Shown piece after piece: positions 10,895 to 23,339 of a stretch of 64,000 nucleotides of DNA; position 1 is the stretch's first letter; each line of letters starts with the position of its first letter. The notes under the pieces were generated by a model. That model did no database searches. It worked only from the letters and a program-made list of their open reading frames with translations, and was not told the DNA's origin. Source of the DNA: Terriglobia bacterium (GTDB taxonomy: Bacteria > Acidobacteriota > Terriglobia > JAJPHL01 > JAPKYU01); contig CBDBKE010000004.1 of NCBI GenBank assembly GCA_965206645.1, positions 864,001-928,000 of the forward strand, in the 5' to 3' direction. The position numbers and the translations under genes are program-made.

Positions 10895-12855
10895 ATGAAG
10901 AAGGCCACGCTTAGGCTCTCGGCAGTGCTCGTCATGGCCCTACTGTTGGGCCTGCCAGCTACGACCGTTGCGCAGGGAGGGCCGGACGCCAGCGGCTTCC
11001 GGGCTCTGAGCGGACAGAAAGCCGCCACTTTTTCCGTGCCCGGCGACATGCAATTGGTAAAGACGTTCCACCTGCTAATGGCCAAGTTCTAAAGAAATAT
11101 GATGGGATCACCAATGACCATGCTATCGGCGTCAAGGGTGACATCAAGGACATCAACGGTGACGACGTGGACCCCGCCGACGACCTGACGACCTTCCACG
11201 CAACATCGGGTCACGGGGCGTCGGGGGCCCACTGGGACCTCTTCTCGGACGACACCGGCAATCGCCAGAAAACCTACGACTACCGCAATAGGGACCCCAA
11301 TATCTACTACGTCACCGACGGGGACAACCACTGGACCCGCGTAACCAATAACCGGAGATCACCCGGCCACCCCGCCCTGATCGACGCCCAGTACTACGCC
11401 AAGGTGACCGACGATTACTTACTTGGCCTTGGGTTAGATTGGATTGCAGACTGCGGTTACCCGGCGATCGAGTCGGTTGCCCATCTCTCCCGCTATTCTC
11501 TCACCTATGAGCGTTATCAGCAGGTCTTCGGAGCAGGAGGAGCTGAGGTCTTAGGTGGGCAGGTTACGCTGTACAGGGATAACGGCGGCAACATCACCAC
11601 GGTGATCGGCGCTCACTATCCCAACATCGTTCCCACCAGCGCAGTAGGCCTCACGCAAGCCAGCGCCCGGAGAGTCGTGGATCGCGACCTCGGGCCTGGG
11701 GGGCAGCATTACAAGAGGAATTACAACAACGCGCATTGAACCGGAGCCTTCCTCCTCTACGGTGACGGGGATGGCACGATATTCCGGGAGCTAAGCGGTG
11801 GACTCGACGTGGTGGCCCACGAGGCCACGCACGGAGTAACTGACTGTACCTCTGGCCTGATCTACCTGAATGAGTCGGGCGCTCTAAACGAGTCGTTCTC
11901 CGATATTATCGGCAACAGCGCCGAGTTCTACGCCCAAGCGAACGGGCTGGATCCCACCGTATTCGCGGACGGGTTGGTCGGGGAGGACATCTACCTTCCC
12001 GCGGACAGCGCTGCTGGCGACCGCAACATGGCTGACCCGGAGGAAGACGGGGATCCTGACCACTATAGCGAGCGCCAGGTTGGCGGCGGTGACAACGGGG
12101 GTGTACACACCAACAGCGGTATCCCCAACCACGCCTACTACTTGCTGGTGAACGGCGGACTCAATGCCAGTTGTGGCGGCAGTCCCGGGCCCCACAACTC
12201 GGCTCATTGCACTGGCGTTGGGCTCACGGAGGTTACGGCCATTGCTCTGGCGGACGCCGAGCAGATTTTCTTCCTGGCATTCATGGGATTGTCCTCGAAC
12301 GCTACTATGGCAAATGCCCGCACCGCCACCGAAGAAGTAGCTGCCCCGCTCGGCGCCACGCAGTTGCAGTCCACCACCGATGCCTGGGTTGCAGTCGGCG
12401 TGGGCCCGACCTCGCCTGTCACTGACATCGCCATCACTTCGGTGAGCGCACCCAGCTCGGCAGTCCAAGGGAATGTTGTCGACGTAGACGTCACGGTAAC
12501 CAACGTCGGTAACCAGAATGTGACCGACCTTACCACCGTCTCGCTAACCGAATCGCCCAATGGATATCTTTTCACAACCCAGGGTATTGGTGGTTTGACG
12601 GCGGGCGCTTCTGCGATAAAGACCTTTAGCTGGAATACCACCGGCGCCAGCTTGGGAGATCACACTCTGACGGCGACCCAGGACTTCGATGTAACTAATG
12701 ACTCAAATAGCACTATGGTCATGGTGAACGAACCCGGCGGCACCTGCGTTAACCCTGGGAAGGCGCCAGCCGGCGACCCCTGTAGTGTAGACGCCGACTG
12801 CTGTTCGGACAAGTGCAAGGGGGGCAAGAATAAGACCTGTAAGGGGGAGTTTTAG
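10895..12855 (+). pseudogene. Secreted M4 (thermolysin/bacillolysin-family) metallopeptidase with CARDB-like and Cys-rich C-terminal domains; rearranged, frameshifted, with internal TGA
   Basis: Signal peptide from ATG 10895; VVAHEATHG (HExxH), [24 protein letters not shown]; frame break at about 11073; TGA at 11737-11739 where Trp of NNAxW is expected. Confidence 0.88.
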
Positions 12856-12867
12856 GTAATTCCTTAC

Positions 12868-12910
12868 CGGGCCCGAGAGAACGCCTCACGTGGCGTCCTC
12901 TCGCGGCCCG
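12868..12910. terminator. GC-rich hairpin between convergent genes, possible terminator
   Basis: gggcc cgagag a acgcc ... ggcgt c ctctcg c ggccc; no strong U-tract. Confidence 0.4.
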
Positions 12911-12959
12911 CTTCCATTTGTAGCTAACTAGGGAGCGCGGTGGGAAACAGCCAGGACTT

Positions 12960-13415
12960 CTATTTGGTCTTCAGCAGATCTTTCAGTTCGGTCATGAATT
13001 CGCGAATGTCCTTGAAGTCCAGGTAGACGGAAGCGAAGCGGACGTAAGCCACCTTGTCGAGCTTCTTGAGGCGATCCATCAGCAGCTCGCCGATTTCTGA
13101 GGTGGAGCGCTCCCGGTCGGGCGATTCGATGACCAGCGCTTCCGCTTCGTTGACGATGTTCTCCAGCTTGCTCATGCTGACCGGGCGCTTCTCCGAGGCT
13201 CGCAGTAGGGCGGCCAGCACCTTCTGCCGGTCAAACTTCTCCCGGCGCCCGTCCTTCTTCACCACCATGTAGGGGATTTCGTCAATGCGCTCGTAGGTGG
13301 TGAAGCGGCGCTGGCACTGGAGACACTCACGGCGGCGGCGGATGGCTTCGCCCTCCTTGCTTTCGCGCGAATCCACCACCTTGTCTTCCAGGTACCCACA
13401 AAACGGACATTTCAT
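12960..13415 (-). CDS. nrdR: Transcriptional repressor NrdR
   Basis: MKCPFCG...DSR...[21 protein letters not shown]-cone, [10 protein letters not shown]; true start ATG 13415. Confidence 0.97.
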   Translation of the reverse strand: MKCPFCGYLEDKVVDSRESKEGEAIRRRRECLQCQRRFTTYERIDEIPYMVVKKDGRREKFDRQKVLAALLRASEKRPVSMSKLENIVNEAEALVIESPDRERSTSEIGELLMDRLKKLDKVAYVRFASVYLDFKDIREFMTELKDLLKTK

Positions 13416-13513
13416 AGCAGCGTGGAGTGCCAGACTTGCGGCGCGGCCGGACTTGCGACGCGGAAAGTGCAGCAACCGTTTCGCACACTGCAACCCCGCT
13501 TCGGCCGCGCAGC

Positions 13514-13522
13514 AGTATAACA
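13514..13522 (-). promoter_or_regulatory. Extended -10 element (TG-t-TATACT) upstream of nrdR
   Basis: Minus strand reads TGTTATACT about 100 bp upstream of the start. Confidence 0.5.
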
Positions 13523-13573
13523 GGGGCTGCGGCCGAGTCGTCAGGGAAAGGCAAAGGGGGAAACAAATCCGCC

Positions 13574-13627
13574 GGCACCCTGGATCACCCTGGGGCACCG
13601 TGGGGCACGCTGGGGCACTCTGGATCA
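13574..13627. repeat. 10-bp tandem repeat, five units
   Basis: ggcaccctgg atcaccctgg ggcaccgtgg ggcacgctgg ggcactctgg atca. Confidence 0.85.
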
Positions 13628-13649
13628 GTGGAGGGGGCGCGGGAATCCG

Positions 13650-14699
13650 CTACTCGGCGGCCGTCAGCAAGCGCAGCTTGCGCCAGCTCAGTCCCTCGCG
13701 AATCGAGAAGATCAAGGCCGGCGGAACTACGGCGACGAAGGTCAACAACCAGAGGACGAGAGCGGCGCTGGTGGCCACCTCGGGGCGGACCTGGAACAAT
13801 TCGGTCAGAGCGATGATGGTAAACACCTGAGTGCCACCGCCGATTCCGGGAACCTGCAGCATCGAGCCGGCGATGGCGAAGCCCATCACCAGTACCGCAG
13901 CAGAAAAACTGAGCTCGGAGAGCGGAGGCCCAAACGCCCTCAGCGTAATGAAGTAGCCCACCGAAACGAACATCCACACCAGCGTGGTGTAGAGCAGTCC
14001 CATGAAAAAGGCGCGGCTGCTGCGCAGGCTGGAGAGCCCCTGTCCGAACTGTTCCAACATCTCCCGCATCTTCCCCAGCAGGCGCGGCGGCAGGAAGCCG
14101 ATCAACCCCAGCAGCCGCGGCACCCAGCTTTGCCAGTAAAGCCGGAACAGCAGCAGGCCCGCAATGCCGCACAGCGTCAGGCTCAGGATGGTAAGGCCGG
14201 CGGTGCGGATGTGCGGCAGAGCCTGGGTGCGACCCTGGCTGAACTCTTCGCCCCACACAGAAAAATAGCTAACGCCGCCCACAATCACGATGATCATGGA
14301 CAGGTCGTAGACGCGCTCCAGGACCCAGACCGCCATCTGCGTGCTCACCGGAATGTCTTCTTTGCGCGAGATCAGGTAGGGGCGCACCAGCTCGCCGGGT
14401 CGACCCAGCAGGGCCAACCCGCCAAAGCCGATGATGGTGGCCGTCAGCAGGTTGGATACCGAAGTAGGCTTAATCGGCAGCAGGAATTCCCGCCAGCGCA
14501 AGGAGCGCAGCAGGTAGGTGGAGTACACCAAGGTTAGGGCGACAAGCAGAATCCGGTAATCCAGCCGGCCGAGAGTAGCCTGAAATTGCGCCAGGTCGAA
14601 ACTCTGCCACTCCGGGTTGGTGCGTACCCTGTAGACGATGTACGCCACCAGTCCTACAAACAGCAGGCTGGACACCAAGCACCTGAACTTCTTCCCCAT
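13650..14699 (-). CDS. Lysylphosphatidylglycerol-synthase TM domain / UPF0104 flippase-like membrane protein
   Basis: LRSLRWREFL, GRPGELVRPYL, VLERVYD, PGIGGG; multiple TM segments. Confidence 0.85.
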   Translation of the reverse strand: MGKKFRCLVSSLLFVGLVAYIVYRVRTNPEWQSFDLAQFQATLGRLDYRILLVALTLVYSTYLLRSLRWREFLLPIKPTSVSNLLTATIIGFGGLALLGRPGELVRPYLISRKEDIPVSTQMAVWVLERVYDLSMIIVIVGGVSYFSVWGEEFSQGRTQALPHIRTAGLTILSLTLCGIAGLLLFRLYWQSWVPRLLGLIGFLPPRLLGKMREMLEQFGQGLSSLRSSRAFFMGLLYTTLVWMFVSVGYFITLRAFGPPLSELSFSAAVLVMGFAIAGSMLQVPGIGGGTQVFTIIALTELFQVRPEVATSAALVLWLLTFVAVVPPALIFSIREGLSWRKLRLLTAAE

Positions 14700-14859
14700 C
14701 GGCCCTTCTACTCATGGTGACTCAATCGCCAAGCAGAGTCAACGCCAGCCTCTCCCCGAATTCCCTTCCCCGTCACCCCGAGGGCCTGCCAGTCGAACAG
14801 CACGTCGAACAGGACGTGCGCGGGAATACCACGTCTATGGAGCAGCTCTCCAGGCGACC

Positions 14860-16164
14860 TCACCGCTCGGCAACGCGGTCCAGTACGTCGTAAAACCCTG
14901 GGAAGGAAACTTGGGCCGTGTCAGCACCTTCGAGCGACGTTTCGCCCTCGGCCATCAGCGCTGCCACGGCAAACGCCATGGCGATGCGATGGTCGCCAAA
15001 CGAGTCAAGGCGCGCGCCGTGTAGCCGCTGGCCTCCCGGAATCTCCAGCCCGTCGGGCCGCTCCTCAACGTGCGCCCCCATGCGGCGCAGATTCTCGGCC
15101 ACCGTGGCGATGCGGTCGCTCTCCTTCACCCGCAACTCCTGGGCGCCGGAGATCGAGAGCCCCTGCTCCGTCTGGGTGCCCAGCACCGCCAGTACGGGCA
15201 GCTCGTCAATCAAGGCGGGCACCAGGTCCGGGCCGATTCGCCCTCCTTTCAAACGCCCACCGGAAACGTGCAGGTCCCCCACTATCTCTCCCGCAAGGCT
15301 TTCCACGCGGCTGATCCGGATCGCGGCGCCCAGGCCCGAGAGGAAGTCCAGCACGGCGGCTCGGGTGGGGTTCAGACCGACATTTTCCACCAACAGGTTT
15401 GACTCCGGGAACAGCAGCGCCGCCACCAGGAAGAAGGCAGCCGAGGAGATGTCACCCGGCACCTGGAATTCTCCTCCGCGGAGGGGATGCCCGCCCTCGA
15501 CTCGCACCGACCTGCGGCTGCGGTTAAGCTGGGCGCCGAACTCGACCAAGGCCAGCTCGGTGTGGTCGCGCGTCTTCACCGGCTCTTCCACCACCGTGGT
15601 TCCCTCAGCCGACAGGCCGGCCAGCAGAACGGCAGTCTTCACCTGCGCGCTGGCCACCGGCGGGTGGAAATGAATGGCGCGCAGCGGCCGACCGCGGAAT
15701 TCGAGCGGCGCGTAGTTATCCTCGGCGGCCGTCACGTCTGCACCCATCTGGCGCAGCGGGTCAATAAGGCGGCCCATAGGGCGGCGACGCAGCGACTCGT
15801 CGCCGCTAAGGGTGGAGGGGAAGTGCTGTCCCGCCAGGATGCCGCTCAGCATGCGGATGGTCGAGCCGGAGTTGCCGGCATCCATCATCCGTTGTGGCGC
15901 ACGCAGCCCGGCGAGGCCGGCGCCCTCGATGAGCACGGCACCGCTCTCAACGGCGATCTCCGCCCCCAACTCTCGCAGGCACCCGAGCGTGGAGGCGCAA
16001 TCGACAGCGCTGGAAAAATTGCGGATCGTTGTGCGTCCGTCGGCGATCGCCGCCAGAAGCGCATAGCGGTGCGAGATGGACTTGTCGCCAGGCAGCCGCA
16101 CCGTTCCCATAATGTTGAGGGCTGGCCGGAACATGCGAGAGGCAGGCGGGGCTGAGTTGGTCAC
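14860..16164 (-). CDS. aroA: 3-phosphoshikimate 1-carboxyvinyltransferase
   Basis: PGDKSISHR, DAGNSGST, SAQVK, RDHTE, ELRVKESDRI, DHRIAM. Confidence 0.97.
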   Translation of the reverse strand: MTNSAPPASRMFRPALNIMGTVRLPGDKSISHRYALLAAIADGRTTIRNFSSAVDCASTLGCLRELGAEIAVESGAVLIEGAGLAGLRAPQRMMDAGNSGSTIRMLSGILAGQHFPSTLSGDESLRRRPMGRLIDPLRQMGADVTAAEDNYAPLEFRGRPLRAIHFHPPVASAQVKTAVLLAGLSAEGTTVVEEPVKTRDHTELALVEFGAQLNRSRRSVRVEGGHPLRGGEFQVPGDISSAAFFLVAALLFPESNLLVENVGLNPTRAAVLDFLSGLGAAIRISRVESLAGEIVGDLHVSGGRLKGGRIGPDLVPALIDELPVLAVLGTQTEQGLSISGAQELRVKESDRIATVAENLRRMGAHVEERPDGLEIPGGQRLHGARLDSFGDHRIAMAFAVAALMAEGETSLEGADTAQVSFPGFYDVLDRVAER

Positions 16165-16270
16165 GTTTGCGATCCAAACTTCGCTCGTCAGGTCTTGGCG
16201 GTGCCAGCCGACGGTTTCGCGCTGGGATTTCCACCAGCTAATTCATGCAAGCGAGGGCTTGCGGATGCGC

Positions 16271-16483
16271 TCAGAGCGCGGGGGTTCTTCGCTCGGAACT
16301 ATGGCGGCGGTCCATACCACCTCGCCTCTCTAGAAAGGCGAGGGCCCAGTGAGTGGCAGCGCGGCAACTAGGGCAGTATTTGGAAATGGGCTTCCTGTTC
16401 TGGGCGTCAGCCAGCTCCTGCTCGCCCAGCAGGAAAGGCTTGCGAGCACCGCAAGTCTCACAGTTCAGGATGCAGTTGGTCAT
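16271..16483 (-). CDS. Small protein with two CxxC pairs (putative Zn ribbon)
   Basis: CETC...CPSC, ERRGGMDRR tail; TGc-TACCAT element 9 nt before ATG 16483. Confidence 0.55.
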   Translation of the reverse strand: MTNCILNCETCGARKPFLLGEQELADAQNRKPISKYCPSCRAATHWALAFLERRGGMDRRHSSERRTPAL

Positions 16484-16648
16484 GACGAGCCAATGGTAGC
16501 ACCCGGAGTCGCAGAAACAGTGGCCCAGAATGACAAATCTGCGCACGACCGCCGGAGCCCAGACGCAAAATCAGCTCGGGGGATCACTAAGAGGAGTTCT
16601 TAGAAAAGGGTAAGTGTGAAGATGCGGGTGAGGGAAAGATGGCAAGTT

Positions 16649-17042
16649 AGGCAAGCCGGCCTGTAAGCCGGATTCTGTGTCCCTTGCGGGCGGTGATCAT
16701 TCCTCTAGCCCCGCCATTGCTGGCGGGGTCAAGCGACCTACCCGAGAGTCCTCGGCCCGAAAGCCGAGGTTGGCGGGCCGGGCCGGCCCTCCTCTCCTAT
16801 TTGGTCTTGCTCCGCGTGGGGTTTACCCTGCCGTCCCGGTCACCCGGAACGCGGTGCGCTCTTACCGCACCTTTTCACCCTTACCCGCCGGGGAACGGCG
16901 GGCGGTATGTTTTCTGTGGCACTTGCCGTGAATCCCGCTTTGAGCGGAACCCCCTGGCCGTTAGCCAGCACGCTGCCCTCCGGAGTCCGGACTTTCCTCT
17001 GCTCGCCCGAAGGCGGGCAGCGATCACCCGGCCGGCTTGCCC
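16649..17042 (-). ncRNA. rnpB: RNase P RNA (type A)
   Basis: Minus strand GAGGAAAGTCCGGACTCC, AGTGCCACAGAAAACATACC, GGTGCGGTAAGAGCGCACC, ACAGAATCCGGCTTAC; P1 ends GCAAGCCGGC/GCCGGCTTGC pair. Confidence 0.97.
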
Positions 17043-17050
17043 AAACTCTT

Positions 17051-17056
17051 ATTATA
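17051..17056 (-). promoter_or_regulatory. -10 box (TATAAT) of rnpB
   Basis: Perfect TATAAT on the minus strand about 8 nt upstream of the RNA 5' end. Confidence 0.7.
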
Positions 17057-17088
17057 CCCCCTAGCAGGACTCTACGAAGTGGCTCCCT

Positions 17089-17115
17089 TGTCATTCCGAG
17101 CGAAGCAAGGAATCT
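17089..17115. repeat. REP-like palindromic unit (tgtcattccgagcgaagcaaggaatct)
   Basis: Small hairpin attcc...ggaat; resembles a widespread intergenic repeat that translates VIPSEARNL; single copy here. Confidence 0.55.
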
Positions 17116-17132
17116 GTTTTTAGCGGCAACAG

Positions 17133-20266
<3,134 letters not shown>

Positions 20267-20327
20267 GGCCCACTTGGCGCGCAGACTCGGCCTCGCCGAA
20301 ACTGTGTAACCACCGTGTGACCAACTA

Positions 20328-20356
20328 TGTAACCGGCGCGCCGGGCGGTACGTCTA
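20328..20356 (+). promoter_or_regulatory. Putative ECF-sigma promoter (TGTAAC-N17-CGTCTA)
   Basis: AAC at 20331-20333 and CGT at 20351-20353, 17-nt spacer, upstream of two secreted-protein genes. Confidence 0.45.
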
Positions 20357-20473
20357 AGTGTTGGCGGAGCGTGGGTGACAGCTGAGATAAAGTCGAGATA
20401 AAGCATTGATTCTATTCATTACGGTATAATGTTAGGAAGTGGGGCGGCAGTCGTTGGCCGGAAGGAGGCACCC

Positions 20474-21331
20474 ATGATGACCCGAATCGCGGTAGTCTTC
20501 CTGGCGTTCAGTTTGGTTCCCACCCTATCGCTAGCGCAACGTCGAGGTTCCGGTCGAACCGGGACCAGAGTGTCTTCCCCAGGTGGCCGGCTGAGCGGTC
20601 CTGCCATGACCATCGGGAGCAGCCACCGGTCGGGACACAGATACGGGCATGGACACTTTAGGCCCGGGTCGCTCATCGCACCCCCCACTGGTTACGGGAA
20701 CATCAACCACCCCGGATTGGGCTTTGCCCCCAACACTCCCGGCATCGGTGTCCCACTTACGCCGGGCATCCAGCCGCTGCCCACGAGAAACCAACACTTG
20801 ATCGGCCCCATTCGCCCCGGGGTCACAGATTTTGGGCGGCCGCCTAGGCACGGAAAGCGCTATCGCTCTCGTTACCCCAGCCGCTACAGGAGTTACTACA
20901 ACTCCGGCGGATCGTATGGTGCGGGCGGCGTCGCCGTCGTGGGTGTGCCGGTTGTAGTGGGTGGATATGGATACTACCCCCAGCAGCCGCAGGTCATCAT
21001 CGTTCAGCAGCCGGCCTACCAGGAACAGCTCCAGGCACAGGAACCACCCCGCCACATGCCCGGTCGAATTCTCACCGAGCGCGAAGCGGAGCGGAGGGGG
21101 CTGATTTACGAAACTCGCCCGCCTTTGGCCCAGGAGAGGCCGACCAAGCCACTTACCCTGCTGGTGTTCAAAAACCACTCCATCTACGCGGTCAGCGAGT
21201 ACTGGAAAGAAGACGACAGCATCTGCTACGTGACCAGCTACGGCTCGCAGAATTGCGTCAGCCTCGACCTGCTGGATGTGGAATTTACCAAGAAGCTGAA
21301 CGAAGAGCGAAGCATCAAGTTTGAACTGTAG
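20474..21331 (+). CDS. Hypothetical secreted protein (G/P/Y-rich with small C-terminal globular domain)
   Basis: AGGAGG RBS, signal peptide ending SLAQ, LLVFKNHSIYAVSEYW. Confidence 0.75.
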   Translation: MMTRIAVVFLAFSLVPTLSLAQRRGSGRTGTRVSSPGGRLSGPAMTIGSSHRSGHRYGHGHFRPGSLIAPPTGYGNINHPGLGFAPNTPGIGVPLTPGIQPLPTRNQHLIGPIRPGVTDFGRPPRHGKRYRSRYPSRYRSYYNSGGSYGAGGVAVVGVPVVVGGYGYYPQQPQVIIVQQPAYQEQLQAQEPPRHMPGRILTEREAERRGLIYETRPPLAQERPTKPLTLLVFKNHSIYAVSEYWKEDDSICYVTSYGSQNCVSLDLLDVEFTKKLNEERSIKFEL

Positions 21332-21497
21332 GTTTCTTCCGAACGGACGGCTTTTTCGGGTCCTGACGTGGGGACCTCAGCTTTGTCCACATGTCAGGGG
21401 GTTGCCCGTTTCCAGCGGTGACCATCACCACGCTCAGTCTCCTCTCGTATTCCGTTCCCGCATATCATCAAGCGCCTACCTTTAGGAGAATTTTGCG

Positions 21498-23276
21498 ATG
21501 AAAGTGCTGGGGCTGCTTCTGATATTCCTGTCCAGTTCCGCTGCCATTCCGCTGTCCGCCCAAATTCAAACCCCGGCCGCGTCCCCAGGGCAAGCACAGC
21601 GTCCGCCCAGCTCACTCGGTGCTCCCGATACGGAAAGCGCCCAACATCCCGCGTCCGAGCAGCAGGAAGTGCCCAAGGCCACCTTAAGCGGCCACGTCTA
21701 TGCTAGGGCGACTGGAGCACCCCTGAAGCGGGCCCGGCTGATGCTGCGCCCCGCCGCGCGCCCGACCGACACCACGACCGCGACTACTGACGAGCAGGGC
21801 ACATACGAATTCCGCAACGTTGAGCCTGGCAGTTACACTCTGCAGTGCACCCGAAACGGCTACGTCAGGACCTCCTACGGGCAGAAAAGCCCCAGGCAGC
21901 CTTCCGTCCGCCTCACCGTTCACCCGGGCCAGGAACTCAAGGACCTGGATTTTCAACTCATCCGGGGCGGGGTCATCAGCGGGAGGGTTCTGGACGAGGA
22001 CGGTGAACCGCTCTCCAGCGTGCGGGTGCAGGCGCTGGCGAGGCAGTACCGGCGGGGCCAGGTTCGGCTGGTGCGGCGCGGAGGGGACTCTAGCGACGAC
22101 CGTGGCGAGTACCGTATTTTCGACCTGCCACCGGGCCGTTACTTCGTTCGGGCAGTCTGGCGCAGCTTCCGAAATCAAGAGAGTAGTTTTGCTCCGGTGT
22201 TCTACCCGAACGTCCTCAGGGCGGAGGACGCGCAACGCATCCCGGTCGGTGAGGGAGGTGAAGCGCCCCGGGTGGACATCCGGATGCAGAAGGTACCCAC
22301 CTACAGCGTGAGCGGCAAAGTGCTGGATCTGGTGACTGGCCGGCCAGTCACCAGCGGCGGCGTCAGCGCGAGGTCGGAGGAGTCCTCGATGTTTTTCTTC
22401 GGCGGCGACCGGATCCGTAGCGACGGGAGCTTTCGCCTGGCAGGGCTGGTCCCGGGCCGCTACCAACTGATCGCCTTTGTGGAACGCCCCGGAGCGAGCG
22501 GCTTCGGCATGCGCTCACCAGTGCTGAAACGCTTTGACCTGCACGAAGCCAATATCGAGAACATGGTGGTGACTGTGGGGCCGGGGGTTGCCGTACGGGG
22601 CAAGATTGTGGCCGAGGGAGGAGAGGTTTCTACCGATGGGCTCCGCGTGATGCTTATGCCGAAGGCCGGCAACTCCCCCTTCCCTGGCGGCATGAGCCTG
22701 GCCAACGACGATCTAACCTTCGAAATCGCCAACGTACAGCCGGGGCAGTACGACCTCAACGTATCCTCTCCCCAGAGCCCGATGGCCATCGGGTCGAGCT
22801 CGGGCATGCTGCAGAGCGCTTCGTTCTACGTAGGGGAAGTGAGCGCCGACGGAAAGAACGTGGTCGAGGAGGGCCTAACGGTCAGTGAGAACTCGCCGAT
22901 CCCGGACCTGGAGGTGGTGCTGGATTTCACCGGCGGCACGGTCACTGGCCTGTTGCTGGACGAAGATGAGCAGCCGATTTCCGGCGTCCACGTCGCGCTA
23001 CTCAGTACCGACCAGGAGAAGCGCGGCTCCGACCGCTACTTCCGCAGCGGGGCGGCCGACCAGCATGGTCAGTACAAGCTAAGCGCCATCATTCCCGGCG
23101 AATACCTGCTGCTGGTGTGGCCTGAATCCGATGTTGCCCGCGTCCAGGATCCCGAGCTGTTCGCCCAGCTTGAGGAGCACGCCGTCCGCGTGACTGTGGA
23201 CAAGTCGGCCACCGTTCAGCAGGACCTCACCCTGACTTCCGACATCCAGACCATCGTCCGGAACTTTCTGCAGTGA
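21498..23276 (+). CDS. Carboxypeptidase-regulatory-like (Cna-B/prealbumin fold) repeat secreted protein
   Basis: Repeated (S/T)GRVLDEDGEP...SDDRGEYRIFDLPPGRY modules; signal peptide. Confidence 0.85.
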   Translation: MKVLGLLLIFLSSSAAIPLSAQIQTPAASPGQAQRPPSSLGAPDTESAQHPASEQQEVPKATLSGHVYARATGAPLKRARLMLRPAARPTDTTTATTDEQGTYEFRNVEPGSYTLQCTRNGYVRTSYGQKSPRQPSVRLTVHPGQELKDLDFQLIRGGVISGRVLDEDGEPLSSVRVQALARQYRRGQVRLVRRGGDSSDDRGEYRIFDLPPGRYFVRAVWRSFRNQESSFAPVFYPNVLRAEDAQRIPVGEGGEAPRVDIRMQKVPTYSVSGKVLDLVTGRPVTSGGVSARSEESSMFFFGGDRIRSDGSFRLAGLVPGRYQLIAFVERPGASGFGMRSPVLKRFDLHEANIENMVVTVGPGVAVRGKIVAEGGEVSTDGLRVMLMPKAGNSPFPGGMSLANDDLTFEIANVQPGQYDLNVSSPQSPMAIGSSSGMLQSASFYVGEVSADGKNVVEEGLTVSENSPIPDLEVVLDFTGGTVTGLLLDEDEQPISGVHVALLSTDQEKRGSDRYFRSGAADQHGQYKLSAIIPGEYLLLVWPESDVARVQDPELFAQLEEHAVRVTVDKSATVQQDLTLTSDIQTIVRNFLQ

Positions 23277-23339
23277 CCCACCCCTGGCCACCGGCATTGG
23301 GACCGATGGAGAAATCAGTCAAGTCAGCGGGGAAAACGG

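Noticed and set aside
11737-11739. In-frame TGA at a conserved Trp position, read as recoding (genetic code 4 or selenocysteine)
   Set aside because: Many core genes here (nuoF, nuoH, nuoK, metE) end in TGA, and this gene is already broken upstream; a TGG>TGA nonsense change is simpler.
13416-13598. 61-aa N-terminal extension of NrdR in the ORF track
   Set aside because: The canonical MKCPFC start is at 13415, and the extension overlaps the likely promoter and repeats.
13574-13627. Short repeats as a CRISPR array
   Set aside because: 10-bp units are contiguous with no spacers; no cas genes or repeat-spacer structure anywhere in the window.
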